Source: an uncultured Prolixibacteraceae bacterium
GTDB lineage: Bacteria; Bacteroidota; Bacteroidia; Bacteroidales; Prolixibacteraceae
Assembly (NCBI GenBank): GCA_903865775.1
Contig: CAIPKZ010000419.1
Span: 3,678 to 67,677 of the forward strand
Length of the DNA: 64,000 bases
Reading direction: 5' to 3'
Made by a program: the position numbers and the translations under genes. Below the pieces are notes generated by a model. The model made no database searches. It saw only the letters and a list, made by a program, of their open reading frames with translations, and was not told the DNA's origin. Numbering within the stretch: position 1 is the first letter of the stretch; the number at the start of each line of letters is the position of its first letter. Below are positions 1 through 10,681 of this stretch, piece after piece.

Positions 1-2
1 GG

Positions 3-1418
3 CCCAGCATCACTGTTGACGGTAACACAATGATTTTCACCAAACTTGTTGGATCAAAAACTGCCTCCGGTGATAAACAGGTCATGGCCCAGGAGGACTT
101 CTATACTTCACAACTCGTGGATAATGTCTGGCAGCCCAGCGAACCTTTATCATCAATCAACACCATTTATAACGAAGGAGCACAATCAATTTCAACCGAT
201 GGGAAATTGCTGTTTTACACAGCATGTACCCGAATTGACGGAAAAGGAAGTTGCGATATCTATTATTCACGTAATAAAGCAGGAAGCTGGTCGGTTCCAC
301 AAAATGCCGGTGACCCGGTAAATTCGCCGTCGTGGGAATCTCAACCTTCCATTTCGGCCAATGGTGAAATCTTGTATTTTGTGAGCAACCGTGAAAGTGG
401 CAGAGGTGGCATGGACATTTGGAAATGCAATTTGAGAGGCTTTTCATTTTTAGGAAGTCCAATTTGGGGAAATCCGGTGAATTTGGGTGATTCGGTGAAT
501 ACCCCCGGCAATGAAATGTCTCCATTTATACATTCAGATGGAAAGACGCTTTATTTTGCCTCCGATTTTTGGCCGGGAATGGGCGGATATGATATTTTCT
601 ACTGCAGACAGAAGAACGATTCGGTTTGGTCAAGACCTCAGAATATTGGTTACCCGATTAACTCCTACAAAGATGAGCAGGGACTTGTTGTTGACGCTTC
701 CGGAAAGAACGCCTATTATTCATCAGACCGCCCAGGCTCACGAGGAATGGATATTTATTCGTTTGAACTATATAAAGAAGCACGGCCAAATCCGGTTTCA
801 TACATTAAAGGTAAGGTCGTTGACGAAGAAACAGGGGCTCCGGTTTGTGCCATAGTAGAATTAACAGATCTGGGAAATTCAAAATCGGTTATTCAAGGTG
901 AATCATGCTGGGAGAAAGGTGAATTTCTGATGTGTTTGCCTCTTGGAAAGGAATATGCTTTTAATGTTTCAAAAGAAGGTTATTTGTTTTATTCCGACAA
1001 TTTCCAGTTGAAAGAAAAGAAAGATATTATCGATCCGTATATTCTTCAAATTAAAATGAAAAAGATAAAGGTGGGCGGATCAGTGATTCTGCGAAACGTA
1101 TTCTTTGATACTGCATCGTATGAACTTTTGCCGGAATCAAAGATCGAGCTTCAAAAACTGACTGATTTTCTTAACCAGAATAATACTGTTTTTATTGAAA
1201 TTAATGGCCATACCGACAATGTCGGTAATGAGGAAATGAATCAAAAACTTTCTGAGTCGAGAGCCAAAGAAGTATTTAAATATATGGTTAGTAGCGGAAT
1301 AGATGAGTCCAGAATGAAATACACCGGATATGGTTTTACGAAACCGGTCAGTTCGAACGATTCGGCTGAAGGAAGGTCGTTAAACCGGCGTACCGAATTC
1401 AGGATAATTAAAAAGTAA
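3..1418 (+). CDS. OmpA-family protein with PD40/beta-propeller repeats (PorE-like architecture), 5'-truncated by the window edge
   Basis: The frame is open from base 3 (PSITVDG...). It has repeated PSISADG-type PD40 motifs and a C-terminal OmpA domain (GHTDNVG...LSESRA...NRRTEF). Confidence 0.85.
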   Translation, partial: PSITVDGNTMIFTKLVGSKTASGDKQVMAQEDFYTSQLVDNVWQPSEPLSSINTIYNEGAQSISTDGKLLFYTACTRIDGKGSCDIYYSRNKAGSWSVPQNAGDPVNSPSWESQPSISANGEILYFVSNRESGRGGMDIWKCNLRGFSFLGSPIWGNPVNLGDSVNTPGNEMSPFIHSDGKTLYFASDFWPGMGGYDIFYCRQKNDSVWSRPQNIGYPINSYKDEQGLVVDASGKNAYYSSDRPGSRGMDIYSFELYKEARPNPVSYIKGKVVDEETGAPVCAIVELTDLGNSKSVIQGESCWEKGEFLMCLPLGKEYAFNVSKEGYLFYSDNFQLKEKKDIIDPYILQIKMKKIKVGGSVILRNVFFDTASYELLPESKIELQKLTDFLNQNNTVFIEINGHTDNVGNEEMNQKLSESRAKEVFKYMVSSGIDESRMKYTGYGFTKPVSSNDSAEGRSLNRRTEFRIIKK

Positions 1419-1820
1419 TCATTTCAATCCATTCTGGAGAAAACATTCCGAATACTCTTTGTCTACTTCCAGAATATGATGTTCTATCCAGCCTTTCAAA
1501 AAGTTCAGCAATTCAAAAGATACAGCAATGGCTCCTCTATTTAACTCAGCTTTTAGTTCAGCAATTTTTTGTTTAAATAACTGATGTTCGCTGATATGCT
1601 TTTCAGCACCGGAATAATTGAACCGATGAAAAAAGTATTCCTCTTTTTGGAAATGAGTGACCGCATATTGTTCCAATTCCAGAATGATTTGAGTAGTTAC
1701 ACTATTGGCTTGTCCCTCTTTCATCGCCTCAAGCAAACTACTTAACAACCTGAATATCTTTTCGTGCTGAATGTCAATAGATTGAACTCCAACACTGTAT
1801 TTTTTTTCCCAAATGTACAT
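1419..1820 (-). CDS. Single-domain bacteriohemerythrin
   Basis: Iron-ligand pattern IDxQH, HFxxEE, HxxEH, HIxxxD is intact. Confidence 0.9.
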   Translation of the reverse strand: MYIWEKKYSVGVQSIDIQHEKIFRLLSSLLEAMKEGQANSVTTQIILELEQYAVTHFQKEEYFFHRFNYSGAEKHISEHQLFKQKIAELKAELNRGAIAVSFELLNFLKGWIEHHILEVDKEYSECFLQNGLK

Positions 1821-1894
1821 CAGAAATCATTTTATATTTAGTGAAAAAGAAGTAGCCAGCTAACTTTTACGAAATCAATGCAGTTAAATCGTAT

Positions 1895-2821
1895 TTAAAT
1901 TTCAAAATCCATCGCTTCAAGATTGAAAGGGGTTTGCTGATATACATAGTAATTCAGCCAATTGGTAATCATCAGGTTGGCGTGACCTCTCCATCGCATG
2001 ACGGGTTCATTTTCCGGATTATCATTAGGATAATAATTTACCGGAATTTCAATTGGCAGTTTTTTCTTTACATCCCGTTTGTATTCAGTATCCAGCGTAA
2101 ATCTGGAATATTCAGAATGCCCGGTAATGAAAAACTGACGCCCTTCCTGTGCCATGACCATATTTACCCCTGATTCATCAGATTTGGAAATAATATTCAA
2201 TTCAGACACTTTCCGGATATCTTCTTCCAACACTTCAGTATGTCTTGAATGAGGAACAAAATACTCATCGTCAAAACCTCTGTAGATAGGCAAGGCGTTA
2301 TTTACATTCTTATGTTTGAAAACGCCAAACATTTTTTTATCCAGAGTGTACTTCGGAACGCCGTAAAAATGAAACATACCGGCTTGTGCTGCCCAACAGA
2401 TGAATAGGGTAGAAGTCACGTGTTTTTGCGACCAGTCAAAAATTGCGGTAAGTTCTTTCCAATAGGTAACTTCCTCAAATGGAAGCATCTCAACTGGTGC
2501 TCCTGTGATAATCATGCCATCGTAATTTCTGGATTTTAGCTGATTAAAGGTTTTATAAAAGGCCTTCATGTGAACTTCCGGAGTATTTTTTGACTCATGA
2601 CCAGACATCCTCAAAAACTCAATCTCCACCTGCAACGGACTGTTCGAAAGCAAACGGATCAAATCGGTTTCCGTAGTAATTTTGATCGGCATCAAATTGA
2701 CTATTACAATCTTTAACGGACGAATATCCTGGTGCGCCGCACGCGATTCGTCCATGATAAAGATATTTTCCTTTTGCAGCAATTCAATTGCAGGCAATTG
2801 ATCAGGGACATTTATTGGCAT
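1895..2821 (-). CDS. metA: Homoserine O-acyltransferase MetA, predicted acetyl-specific
   Basis: MPINVP start, LFICWAAQA catalytic Cys motif and GHSEY. ITGAPVE has Glu at the acyl-specificity position (Gly in succinyltransferases), which fits the neighbouring metY. Confidence 0.95.
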   Translation of the reverse strand: MPINVPDQLPAIELLQKENIFIMDESRAAHQDIRPLKIVIVNLMPIKITTETDLIRLLSNSPLQVEIEFLRMSGHESKNTPEVHMKAFYKTFNQLKSRNYDGMIITGAPVEMLPFEEVTYWKELTAIFDWSQKHVTSTLFICWAAQAGMFHFYGVPKYTLDKKMFGVFKHKNVNNALPIYRGFDDEYFVPHSRHTEVLEEDIRKVSELNIISKSDESGVNMVMAQEGRQFFITGHSEYSRFTLDTEYKRDVKKKLPIEIPVNYYPNDNPENEPVMRWRGHANLMITNWLNYYVYQQTPFNLEAMDFEI

Positions 2822-2842
2822 AATTCAGCAGTTTATTAGAAA

Positions 2843-2987
2843 TTCCGGTGAAGCTGTTTCAAAAGGTACTTTCCCCGTCATCCTGAACTTGTTTCAGGAT
2901 CGCAATACTCAGTTCGACAGACCCCGAAATAAATTCGGGGTGACGGGTTCTACGAGTGTTTTAACTATTAAGACAGCCTCACCGGAA
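2843..2987. repeat. REP/MITE-like nested inverted repeat element
   Basis: Outer IR ttccggtgaagctgt / acagcctcaccggaa (14/15). Two inner 8-bp hairpins, at 2880-2900 and 2921-2941, are inverted copies of each other. Confidence 0.8.
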
Positions 2988-3001
2988 TATGGATTGTAAA
3001 A

Positions 3002-4324
<1,323 letters not shown>

Positions 4325-5677
4325 TTAAAAGTTCTCGTTAAAAAAAATACGATGTATTTCGGTGATGGCTTTTCGGGTGTCCTTCCGATCGACGATCAGG
4401 TAACTGACCAGGTCGGAAGCTCCCGAGCCACTCAGTAAAACATTGATTCGGTGCTGAGCAACGGCGGTAAACAATTTTGCTGAAACTCCGTGATGCTGCT
4501 GCATTCCATGTCCAACCACCGCGATGAGCGAAACCTGATCTTCAATAGTGATTTCGCTCACAGAACTGAGTTGCAAGTGCTGGCATATTTGCCATGCCTG
4601 TTCAATTTCATTTTTATTCAGGATGATGTTTATACTCACCTGTGAGGTGATCACCGAACGGATATTGATTCCGGAATGATGAAAGGCTGTAGTCACATTG
4701 GCCAGAATTCCGGGTTTAAATCCAACTCCGGGACCATTTAATTTTAAAATGGCGATATCTTCAGTATGAACTACACTCTTAACTACATTGGGCGATACAA
4801 ATGATTCGGAATTGATGATTGTCGTTAGCTCCTTACCTCCATTGGCAAGACGAAAGACCTGAATTGGAATGTGTTTGCTCATTAATGGCTCAACAATTCG
4901 CGGGTGAATGGAAAGTTCGCTGAAATAAGAAAGTTCAGAAGCCTCGTCGTATGTCAAACGTGGAATCAGTTTGGATTCAGGAATAAAGTCCGAGTCTGAA
5001 GTTCTGAATTCCTTATCGAGTTCCCATAATTGAAGTGAATCCGATTCAATGAGTCGTGCAATTCCGGCAGCCGAATAATCAGCCGACCGTTTTCCGAGAC
5101 GCACAATCTTTCCTGCTGAAGTGATTCCATAAGAACCTGGAATGAGGCTAATTCCATCGGGAATTGAATTTTTCAGCTCCTTTGATTCACTATACAAAAT
5201 GGAAGCATTTCCGAATTCTTCGGTTGCTATTAGGCCAATATCTTCAGGAAAAATCAGGCTGGCAGCGATTTGCTTATAAATCAGGAATTGGTGAAGCACG
5301 CCTGCCGTAATCCGTTCAGAAAAACTAATCACCTGATCTTTTAAAGCAAGCGAAAAATCACCGGTGAACTCGATGCCTTTAAGCAAATTCTGAAGGTTTA
5401 TAAGTTCATTTTTGAGGCTTTCAGCGGGTTCGTACTGTTGAAAAACCTGCAATTTATGGCCAATAATATTGTTTATCTGATTAATAATCAGATCAGAAGT
5501 AGCAGCATTGTTAATCAGCAATTCGATGCCTTGCTCAATGGCTTGTTGTATTTCAGGAACGGCGGAAACCACCACAGTTATTTTATTTTCTGATTCAGAA
5601 AGAAGACTTGCAAAAGCTTCTAAAGCAGTAAATTTGGATAAACTGTTTCCGCCAAATCGTACGGTACAATTTGACAT
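4325..5677 (-). CDS. Aspartokinase-like protein with two ACT domains; catalytic motifs degenerate
   Basis: AK fold markers (xFGG, VVSA, SxxER, ELSYF, HP) and two ACT domains are present. TDVDG, LGRGGSD and DP motifs are substituted. Confidence 0.8.
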   Translation of the reverse strand: MSNCTVRFGGNSLSKFTALEAFASLLSESENKITVVVSAVPEIQQAIEQGIELLINNAATSDLIINQINNIIGHKLQVFQQYEPAESLKNELINLQNLLKGIEFTGDFSLALKDQVISFSERITAGVLHQFLIYKQIAASLIFPEDIGLIATEEFGNASILYSESKELKNSIPDGISLIPGSYGITSAGKIVRLGKRSADYSAAGIARLIESDSLQLWELDKEFRTSDSDFIPESKLIPRLTYDEASELSYFSELSIHPRIVEPLMSKHIPIQVFRLANGGKELTTIINSESFVSPNVVKSVVHTEDIAILKLNGPGVGFKPGILANVTTAFHHSGINIRSVITSQVSINIILNKNEIEQAWQICQHLQLSSVSEITIEDQVSLIAVVGHGMQQHHGVSAKLFTAVAQHRINVLLSGSGASDLVSYLIVDRKDTRKAITEIHRIFFNENF

Positions 5678-5701
5678 GATAAAAAATTAAAGTGATAATT
5701 G

Positions 5702-5760
5702 GAAAAAAAACCGAGCTTTAGCCTTCAAACAACATGATTAATCACACCGCCTAAAGGCTA
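5702..5760 (-). promoter_or_regulatory. Long hairpin followed by U8; candidate attenuator element
   Basis: Minus strand TAGCCTTTAGGCGGTGTGA-TTAA-TCATGTTGTTTGAAGGCTA forms 19 consecutive WC/GU pairs, followed by 8 nt and then T8. Confidence 0.6.
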
Positions 5761-5853
5761 GTGCATTATCATAGGCATGACGGACATCAAAGAATCATGG
5801 AATCCCATTGGCCGGGAAACACTGAAAGCGGAATATTTTGCTGAATGATTCAT
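5758..5853 (-). CDS. Putative Met-rich leader peptide MNHSAKYSAFSVSRPMGFHDSLMSVMPMIMH (31 aa)
   Basis: Hand translation. 6 Met codons, 4 of them in the last 9 codons. Lies between a promoter motif and the met operon. Confidence 0.7.
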   Translation of the reverse strand: MNHSAKYSAFSVSRPMGFHDSLMSVMPMIMH

Positions 5854-5879
5854 TGTTGATAATCTATTACAATTGAGTG

Positions 5880-5909
5880 CAAACATAAACAGTTTTTCAA
5901 AATAGACAA
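5880..5909 (-). promoter_or_regulatory. Bacteroidota housekeeping promoter for the met operon leader
   Basis: TATGTTTG (-7, TAnnTTTG) at 5887-5880 and TTG (-33) 19 nt upstream. Confidence 0.6.
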
Positions 5910-5952
5910 TGTTTTATCGGAAATGTTCAGGTAAAATCCGATTAAATATTTG

Positions 5953-6615
5953 TTAATTGCCAGTTTCGTTTCCGAAGATGGACTTGAAGTTGCTGAAAAT
6001 TAAATTAATAAGTATTTCTTTTTCTATTTTCAGAATTTGCGATGCTGACAAATAGATTTGCCGGATGGAAATTTCACTGTCATCAGTTTCCAAAAATAGC
6101 CGTTCGGTAGGAATCGTTCGAAAAACAGAGTGACTGGAAACATTTTTCAGGAGTCGTTCACCTACGGAAAAATAGAATCCATGTTTTACAAGGCTCCGTG
6201 TTGTTTCCAGATTTCCATGGTAACCATGAAGTATCCAGGGAACCTCTGACTTTGTTTTAATTTTTAGATTGATGACATCAGAATAAGCTCTTACACAATG
6301 GATAATCAGGCATTTGGATTGATTTTTAGCTATTCTTATTTGTTCTCTGAAGATCATTTCCTGGATTGCGAAGTCGGTTGAGATTGATCGATCAAGACCG
6401 CATTCGCCGATCGCGATCATGTTTTTCATTTCTGAAATGCGTTCAACTGCACTGATACAATCCTCAGGATTCACCTGTCCGATGTGCCATGGATGAAGTC
6501 CGGCAGAAAAAAGAAACTCCGGTTCAGCTTTTGGAATATCCTGAGCAAAAAAATTCAGGATTTGGATGTCATCATCCTCGGTTAATCGATGGGTATGTAA
6601 ATCAATATGTTTCAT
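5953..6615 (-). CDS. TatD-family hydrolase
   Basis: DLHTH, GLHPW, IGECGLD, IHCVRA and FLETD motifs. Confidence 0.9.
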   Translation of the reverse strand: MKHIDLHTHRLTEDDDIQILNFFAQDIPKAEPEFLFSAGLHPWHIGQVNPEDCISAVERISEMKNMIAIGECGLDRSISTDFAIQEMIFREQIRIAKNQSKCLIIHCVRAYSDVINLKIKTKSEVPWILHGYHGNLETTRSLVKHGFYFSVGERLLKNVSSHSVFRTIPTERLFLETDDSEISIRQIYLSASQILKIEKEILINLIFSNFKSIFGNETGN

Positions 6616-6761
6616 CGGTTGAATAATTTCCGGTTGCAGAATATTTTATATGCAATCATTTTACTATCGGATCGTTTATTCTTTCAAAAATAGTGGCTTT
6701 TACTGAAATTAGTTTCCGTTTAATTATTTTATCTACTTTTGATGGTCACCGGTATAAAAAC

Positions 6762-8966
6762 ATGAGTATAAAAACGATATACAGAATAACACTATTCCTC
6801 TCAATTCTACTGCCAACACTGGTGATAGGACAGATTTCCGAAGGAGGGGTTCCTATTGAAATACAAAAACTTAAATCGGCTTCTTCGGATAATGACTGGA
6901 TTGTTATGCCTTCGGTTGACAACCGGAAAATGCGGATGATGAACAGCGAAACTGATCAAAAACATTTGAAGCCATTTCGGTTTGCTTATTCATTTCCGGT
7001 ACTGCTTTCTTTAAAAAATTCAGGAAAATGGTTCAATACTACCAAGGTCAATGTGTGGCAACTGTATATCCGGTCAACCAGCGCCTATTCATTGAACCTT
7101 ATTTTAGAACATTTTAAATTGCCCGATCATGCCCGGTTGTTTCTGATCAGCATGAAAACAGGTCAGATTAAAGGTGCATATACCTCGGCTAATAATTCAG
7201 ACAGCAAGGTGCTTGCCATTGAACCAGTTGAAGGCGATGAGATTCTGGTTCAGTATGAAGAACCAGTTCTGGCAGATTTCCCCGGCGAATTTCTAATCAC
7301 CAAGGTGGCCCACGATTTTATTGGCATTACTGGTGATGGAGTCCACCGTCCACTTGGAGTTTCAGGTACCTGTAATGTCAATGTAAATTGTGATGTTGCC
7401 AATGGATCGGAGAATATCAGGGATGCAGTTTGCCGGATTATTATCGAGGGAGCTGAAATTTGTTCAGGAACCATGCTAAATAATACCGCACTCGATGGAA
7501 TTCCGTATATTTTGACAGCTAATCATTGTATCGGAACAGAGAAAAAAGCCGAGGCTTCGGTATTTCTTTTCAATTACGAAGCGCCGTATTGTTCCTATTA
7601 CAATAGTCCTGCTATTGATGGCGATGTGAGCCGTTCGATGTCCGGAAGTTCGTTGAAAGCTTCGTTTGACAGTCTTGATTTTGCCCTGGTCCGGCTAAAT
7701 ACAATTCCACCCTATAATTACCGGACCTATCTGGCTGGCTGGAACAGGTTAAACATAGCACCAATTTCTTCCATGTCAATTCACCATCCGGAAGGCGATA
7801 TTAAAAAAGTATCTATTGACCTGGATGCTGCAACTACGGCCAATTTCAATGGCAGTTACCTTTCCAAGGGATTTTGGAATATTCTGACCTGGGAATATGG
7901 CGTTACCGAAGCAGGTTCCTCAGGTGGGGGATTATTCGACCAAAACAAGCAACTGATCGGATCACTGACCGGTGGTTCTTCGAACTGTACATCGAAGAAA
8001 AATGACTTTTATGAAAAATTCACTTTAAGCTGGAGCCACCGGAATGAAACAAATAAACAACTTCAATATTGGCTCGATCCGCTCAATTCGAATGTTGAAA
8101 AACTTGCTGGAATGGCTTCAAATTCAGGCAAAACACTCTGTATACCTTTCACAAATTTCAAGAATGGTGAGACTCAGGCAGTCATTCCGATTACGAATGG
8201 ATTAACAAAAAAAGGTTATTGGAGTGGGTCGAACAATGCCGGATTTACCGATTTTGCCGAAAAGTTCACGTTCTCCAGAAATTGTGAAGTTCAGGGAATT
8301 ACGATCGGTATTGCGAAAAAGAAAATCAATCCTTCAAACACGAAGCCATTAATCGAAATTCAGGTATACCAAGGAAAAGATAATCCGGAAACTTTGATTT
8401 ACTCTGAGATGTTCGACATCAGCAAATTTACCGTTGATGCTATGAATTACCTGTCATTCAAAAATCCGGTAAAAACAGAACGAAATTTTTTCGTCTCTTA
8501 CAACATTTCACAGTTGCAGCAAAGCGATACCCTGGTCGTTTATATGGCAAACCGCAAGTCGGATGTTACCAACAGCTTTTACCTCAAAAATCAAACCGGA
8601 TGGTCAACTTATAATGCGAATAATCCAAGCGGCAATGGCTCAGCTTTACTGTTCGAATTAATAGCCTGTAATATTGATGATCCCGTAGGAATCGATGAAT
8701 TTAAGACTGATTTACCCGGGGCACGTTTCTTTCCAAATCCGCTGACCGGAAATTCAGTTTTAACTATTCAGACCGCTGATCCTATTGATTGTGAAGAAGA
8801 AATTGCAGTTTACAATTTACTTGGAAAGAAACTGGATGTGCAATACATTTTAACCGGTTCAAACAGTCTGAGCCTGATTTTTTCCGGCAAAAGCCCTGGC
8901 ATTTACCTGATTCATCTGGATGCCGGAGGACGAACAATCACTGGGAAAATTGCCTATATGCCCTAA
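6762..8966 (+). CDS. Secreted trypsin-like (lysyl endopeptidase-like) serine protease with T9SS C-terminal domain
   Basis: Catalytic triad TANHC, DFAL, GSSGG. Signal peptide from ATG 6762. C-terminal FFPNP...GIYLI...KI sorting domain. Confidence 0.85.
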   Translation: MSIKTIYRITLFLSILLPTLVIGQISEGGVPIEIQKLKSASSDNDWIVMPSVDNRKMRMMNSETDQKHLKPFRFAYSFPVLLSLKNSGKWFNTTKVNVWQLYIRSTSAYSLNLILEHFKLPDHARLFLISMKTGQIKGAYTSANNSDSKVLAIEPVEGDEILVQYEEPVLADFPGEFLITKVAHDFIGITGDGVHRPLGVSGTCNVNVNCDVANGSENIRDAVCRIIIEGAEICSGTMLNNTALDGIPYILTANHCIGTEKKAEASVFLFNYEAPYCSYYNSPAIDGDVSRSMSGSSLKASFDSLDFALVRLNTIPPYNYRTYLAGWNRLNIAPISSMSIHHPEGDIKKVSIDLDAATTANFNGSYLSKGFWNILTWEYGVTEAGSSGGGLFDQNKQLIGSLTGGSSNCTSKKNDFYEKFTLSWSHRNETNKQLQYWLDPLNSNVEKLAGMASNSGKTLCIPFTNFKNGETQAVIPITNGLTKKGYWSGSNNAGFTDFAEKFTFSRNCEVQGITIGIAKKKINPSNTKPLIEIQVYQGKDNPETLIYSEMFDISKFTVDAMNYLSFKNPVKTERNFFVSYNISQLQQSDTLVVYMANRKSDVTNSFYLKNQTGWSTYNANNPSGNGSALLFELIACNIDDPVGIDEFKTDLPGARFFPNPLTGNSVLTIQTADPIDCEEEIAVYNLLGKKLDVQYILTGSNSLSLIFSGKSPGIYLIHLDAGGRTITGKIAYMP

Positions 8967-8997
8967 ATTAATGGGAGATTAGTTGAATGGCGAATGA

Positions 8998-9795
8998 TTA
9001 CTTTGTTCCTTCAAAGTAACCAGCCATCTGGGTAGCTTCCTGAGAATTGATGAAATCGGCCTTTGAAGTTTTTATTATATCAGCAACAGTTTTGTTGTTT
9101 GGACAATTCGTAAAACTGATTTTCTTATTCTGCGCATGAATTTTGGTTACCAAATCCTTGATTTTCACAAAGTCCTCAAACGGAATGTTCCCGGTTCCTT
9201 TCCAGCTTGTAATTTTACTGAAATCGATCTCAATTAAAGGCATTTGGCCTGAATCCACATTTTTTTCCATATCACTCAAACTGCCAACCAATCCGAGGAA
9301 ACTGGATTTAATACCATTAATCTGGTTCAATTGATTTTTGTCTTTGATCAGGATTCGGATTTTTCCCTGATGTTCATTCCCTTCTGCTTTTGAGCTAAGC
9401 ATTTCCGAAAACGGGCGCATTTCGCTGGCTAAATGTTTATATATCTGAACGGGTTGGGTCGTGAAATTTAAGATCAGAAATACATCTCCGGAATAGCCCG
9501 GAATAATTTCTCCACTATTCTTTTTAAACTGATTGTAGAGCGGGTAGAGGTAAGCTTCCGTCAGAGTAGGCAATTTATGGGCGGCACTATCCGGCATCAG
9601 TGAAGTTACATACAGCTTTCCGTAGATGTACATTACATCAGCCTGGTAGTTAAGAATTCCATTTCCGATTGATTCCCACAATTCTGATTTGCTGTCAAAA
9701 TTATGTGACGAAATGATTGGTTTTACCTTCATCTGCGAATAGGCCGACAGACCTACCAATAAAGCCAAAACAACGATAAGCAATTTGTTTTTCAT
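8998..9795 (-). CDS. Exported PLC-like phosphodiesterase-fold protein, apparently degenerate
   Basis: Signal peptide from ATG 9795. SSHNFD..., QADV... and TLTEAYLYPL resemble the HSHNDY/EADV/TLxxLYLxPL family. Confidence 0.5.
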   Translation of the reverse strand: MKNKLLIVVLALLVGLSAYSQMKVKPIISSHNFDSKSELWESIGNGILNYQADVMYIYGKLYVTSLMPDSAAHKLPTLTEAYLYPLYNQFKKNSGEIIPGYSGDVFLILNFTTQPVQIYKHLASEMRPFSEMLSSKAEGNEHQGKIRILIKDKNQLNQINGIKSSFLGLVGSLSDMEKNVDSGQMPLIEIDFSKITSWKGTGNIPFEDFVKIKDLVTKIHAQNKKISFTNCPNNKTVADIIKTSKADFINSQEATQMAGYFEGTK

Positions 9796-9896
9796 AGTCA
9801 CGCCTATAATATCTCCGGGTTTCTCAGTAAAAATAATTGTTTTCAATCTTAAAACTCAAATATCAGTCATTATTTTACAGAATGTTCCTATTGGAT

Positions 9897-10418
9897 CTAA
9901 TGATCAGTGAATTTCTCCCAATGTACTATTTCCGACAGAGATTTTCTGATTTTTACCGGTATTTCAGAGTTCGTGTACCCGATCGGAACCAAAACCATTG
10001 GTTCGAGGTGATCTGGAAGTCTGAGCTTTTTTCTCACCAGAGTTGCATCAAAATTACTTACCCAGCAAGTTCCAAGTCCCAGCTCTGTTGCTTTTAAAAT
10101 CAGATGATCGGTTACAATGGCCACATCAACATCGGCAAAATCTTTTCCGTCCGATTTCCGCTTCCATGATTGCGAGTGGTCTGAACAGATTACAATACAA
10201 ACCGGCGCTTCCCTGAACCAATTTCTTGGATAAACTTCCTGAAAATCAGATAAATTATCCGGTTCAGTAAGAACCAGAAAATGCCATGGCTGGTAATTAC
10301 ATGCCGATGGAGCCAAGCGGGCTGCTTCCAGAATTTCAAAAATCAAACTTCTCTCAACCGGTTTTTTTGTATATGATCTGACAGAAAACCGGCTGGCAAT
10401 GAGTTTACTAAATTCCAT
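9897..10418 (-). CDS. Nitroreductase family protein
   Basis: RFSVRSY, APSACNYQPW and LGTCWV motifs. Confidence 0.9.
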   Translation of the reverse strand: MEFSKLIASRFSVRSYTKKPVERSLIFEILEAARLAPSACNYQPWHFLVLTEPDNLSDFQEVYPRNWFREAPVCIVICSDHSQSWKRKSDGKDFADVDVAIVTDHLILKATELGLGTCWVSNFDATLVRKKLRLPDHLEPMVLVPIGYTNSEIPVKIRKSLSEIVHWEKFTDH

Positions 10419-10681
10419 GACTTAAAATTTGCAATTATTCATTCAAATGTACTCCATTAATTCAGAAACTAAAAGACCTGGTCCTACCTGAAATGACATC
10501 CTGAACTGATGCCTATTTGTACTTTTACTGATTTAATGGCAGTTATTGGCTTGAAAAATGCAATTCTGACCGTACTTTGACCGTTTTATCCACTGGCACG
10601 ATAATCGTAAAAAGCAATTTCAGATTTAAACAATATAACTACCTTTGAAACTTCAAATTTTGATCAATTAAAAACTGAATA

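Noticed and set aside
5690-5880. SAM riboswitch upstream of the met operon
   Set aside because: It was expected from context, but I could not find SAM-I or SAM-II core motifs on the minus strand. The leader ORF explains the region better. An Rfam scan is still needed.
10594-10608. Sigma54-like promoter upstream of secA (TGGCACG-ATAA-TCGT)
   Set aside because: The -24 box is perfect but the -12 box deviates from TTGC, and a TACCTTTG housekeeping box is present at about 10639.
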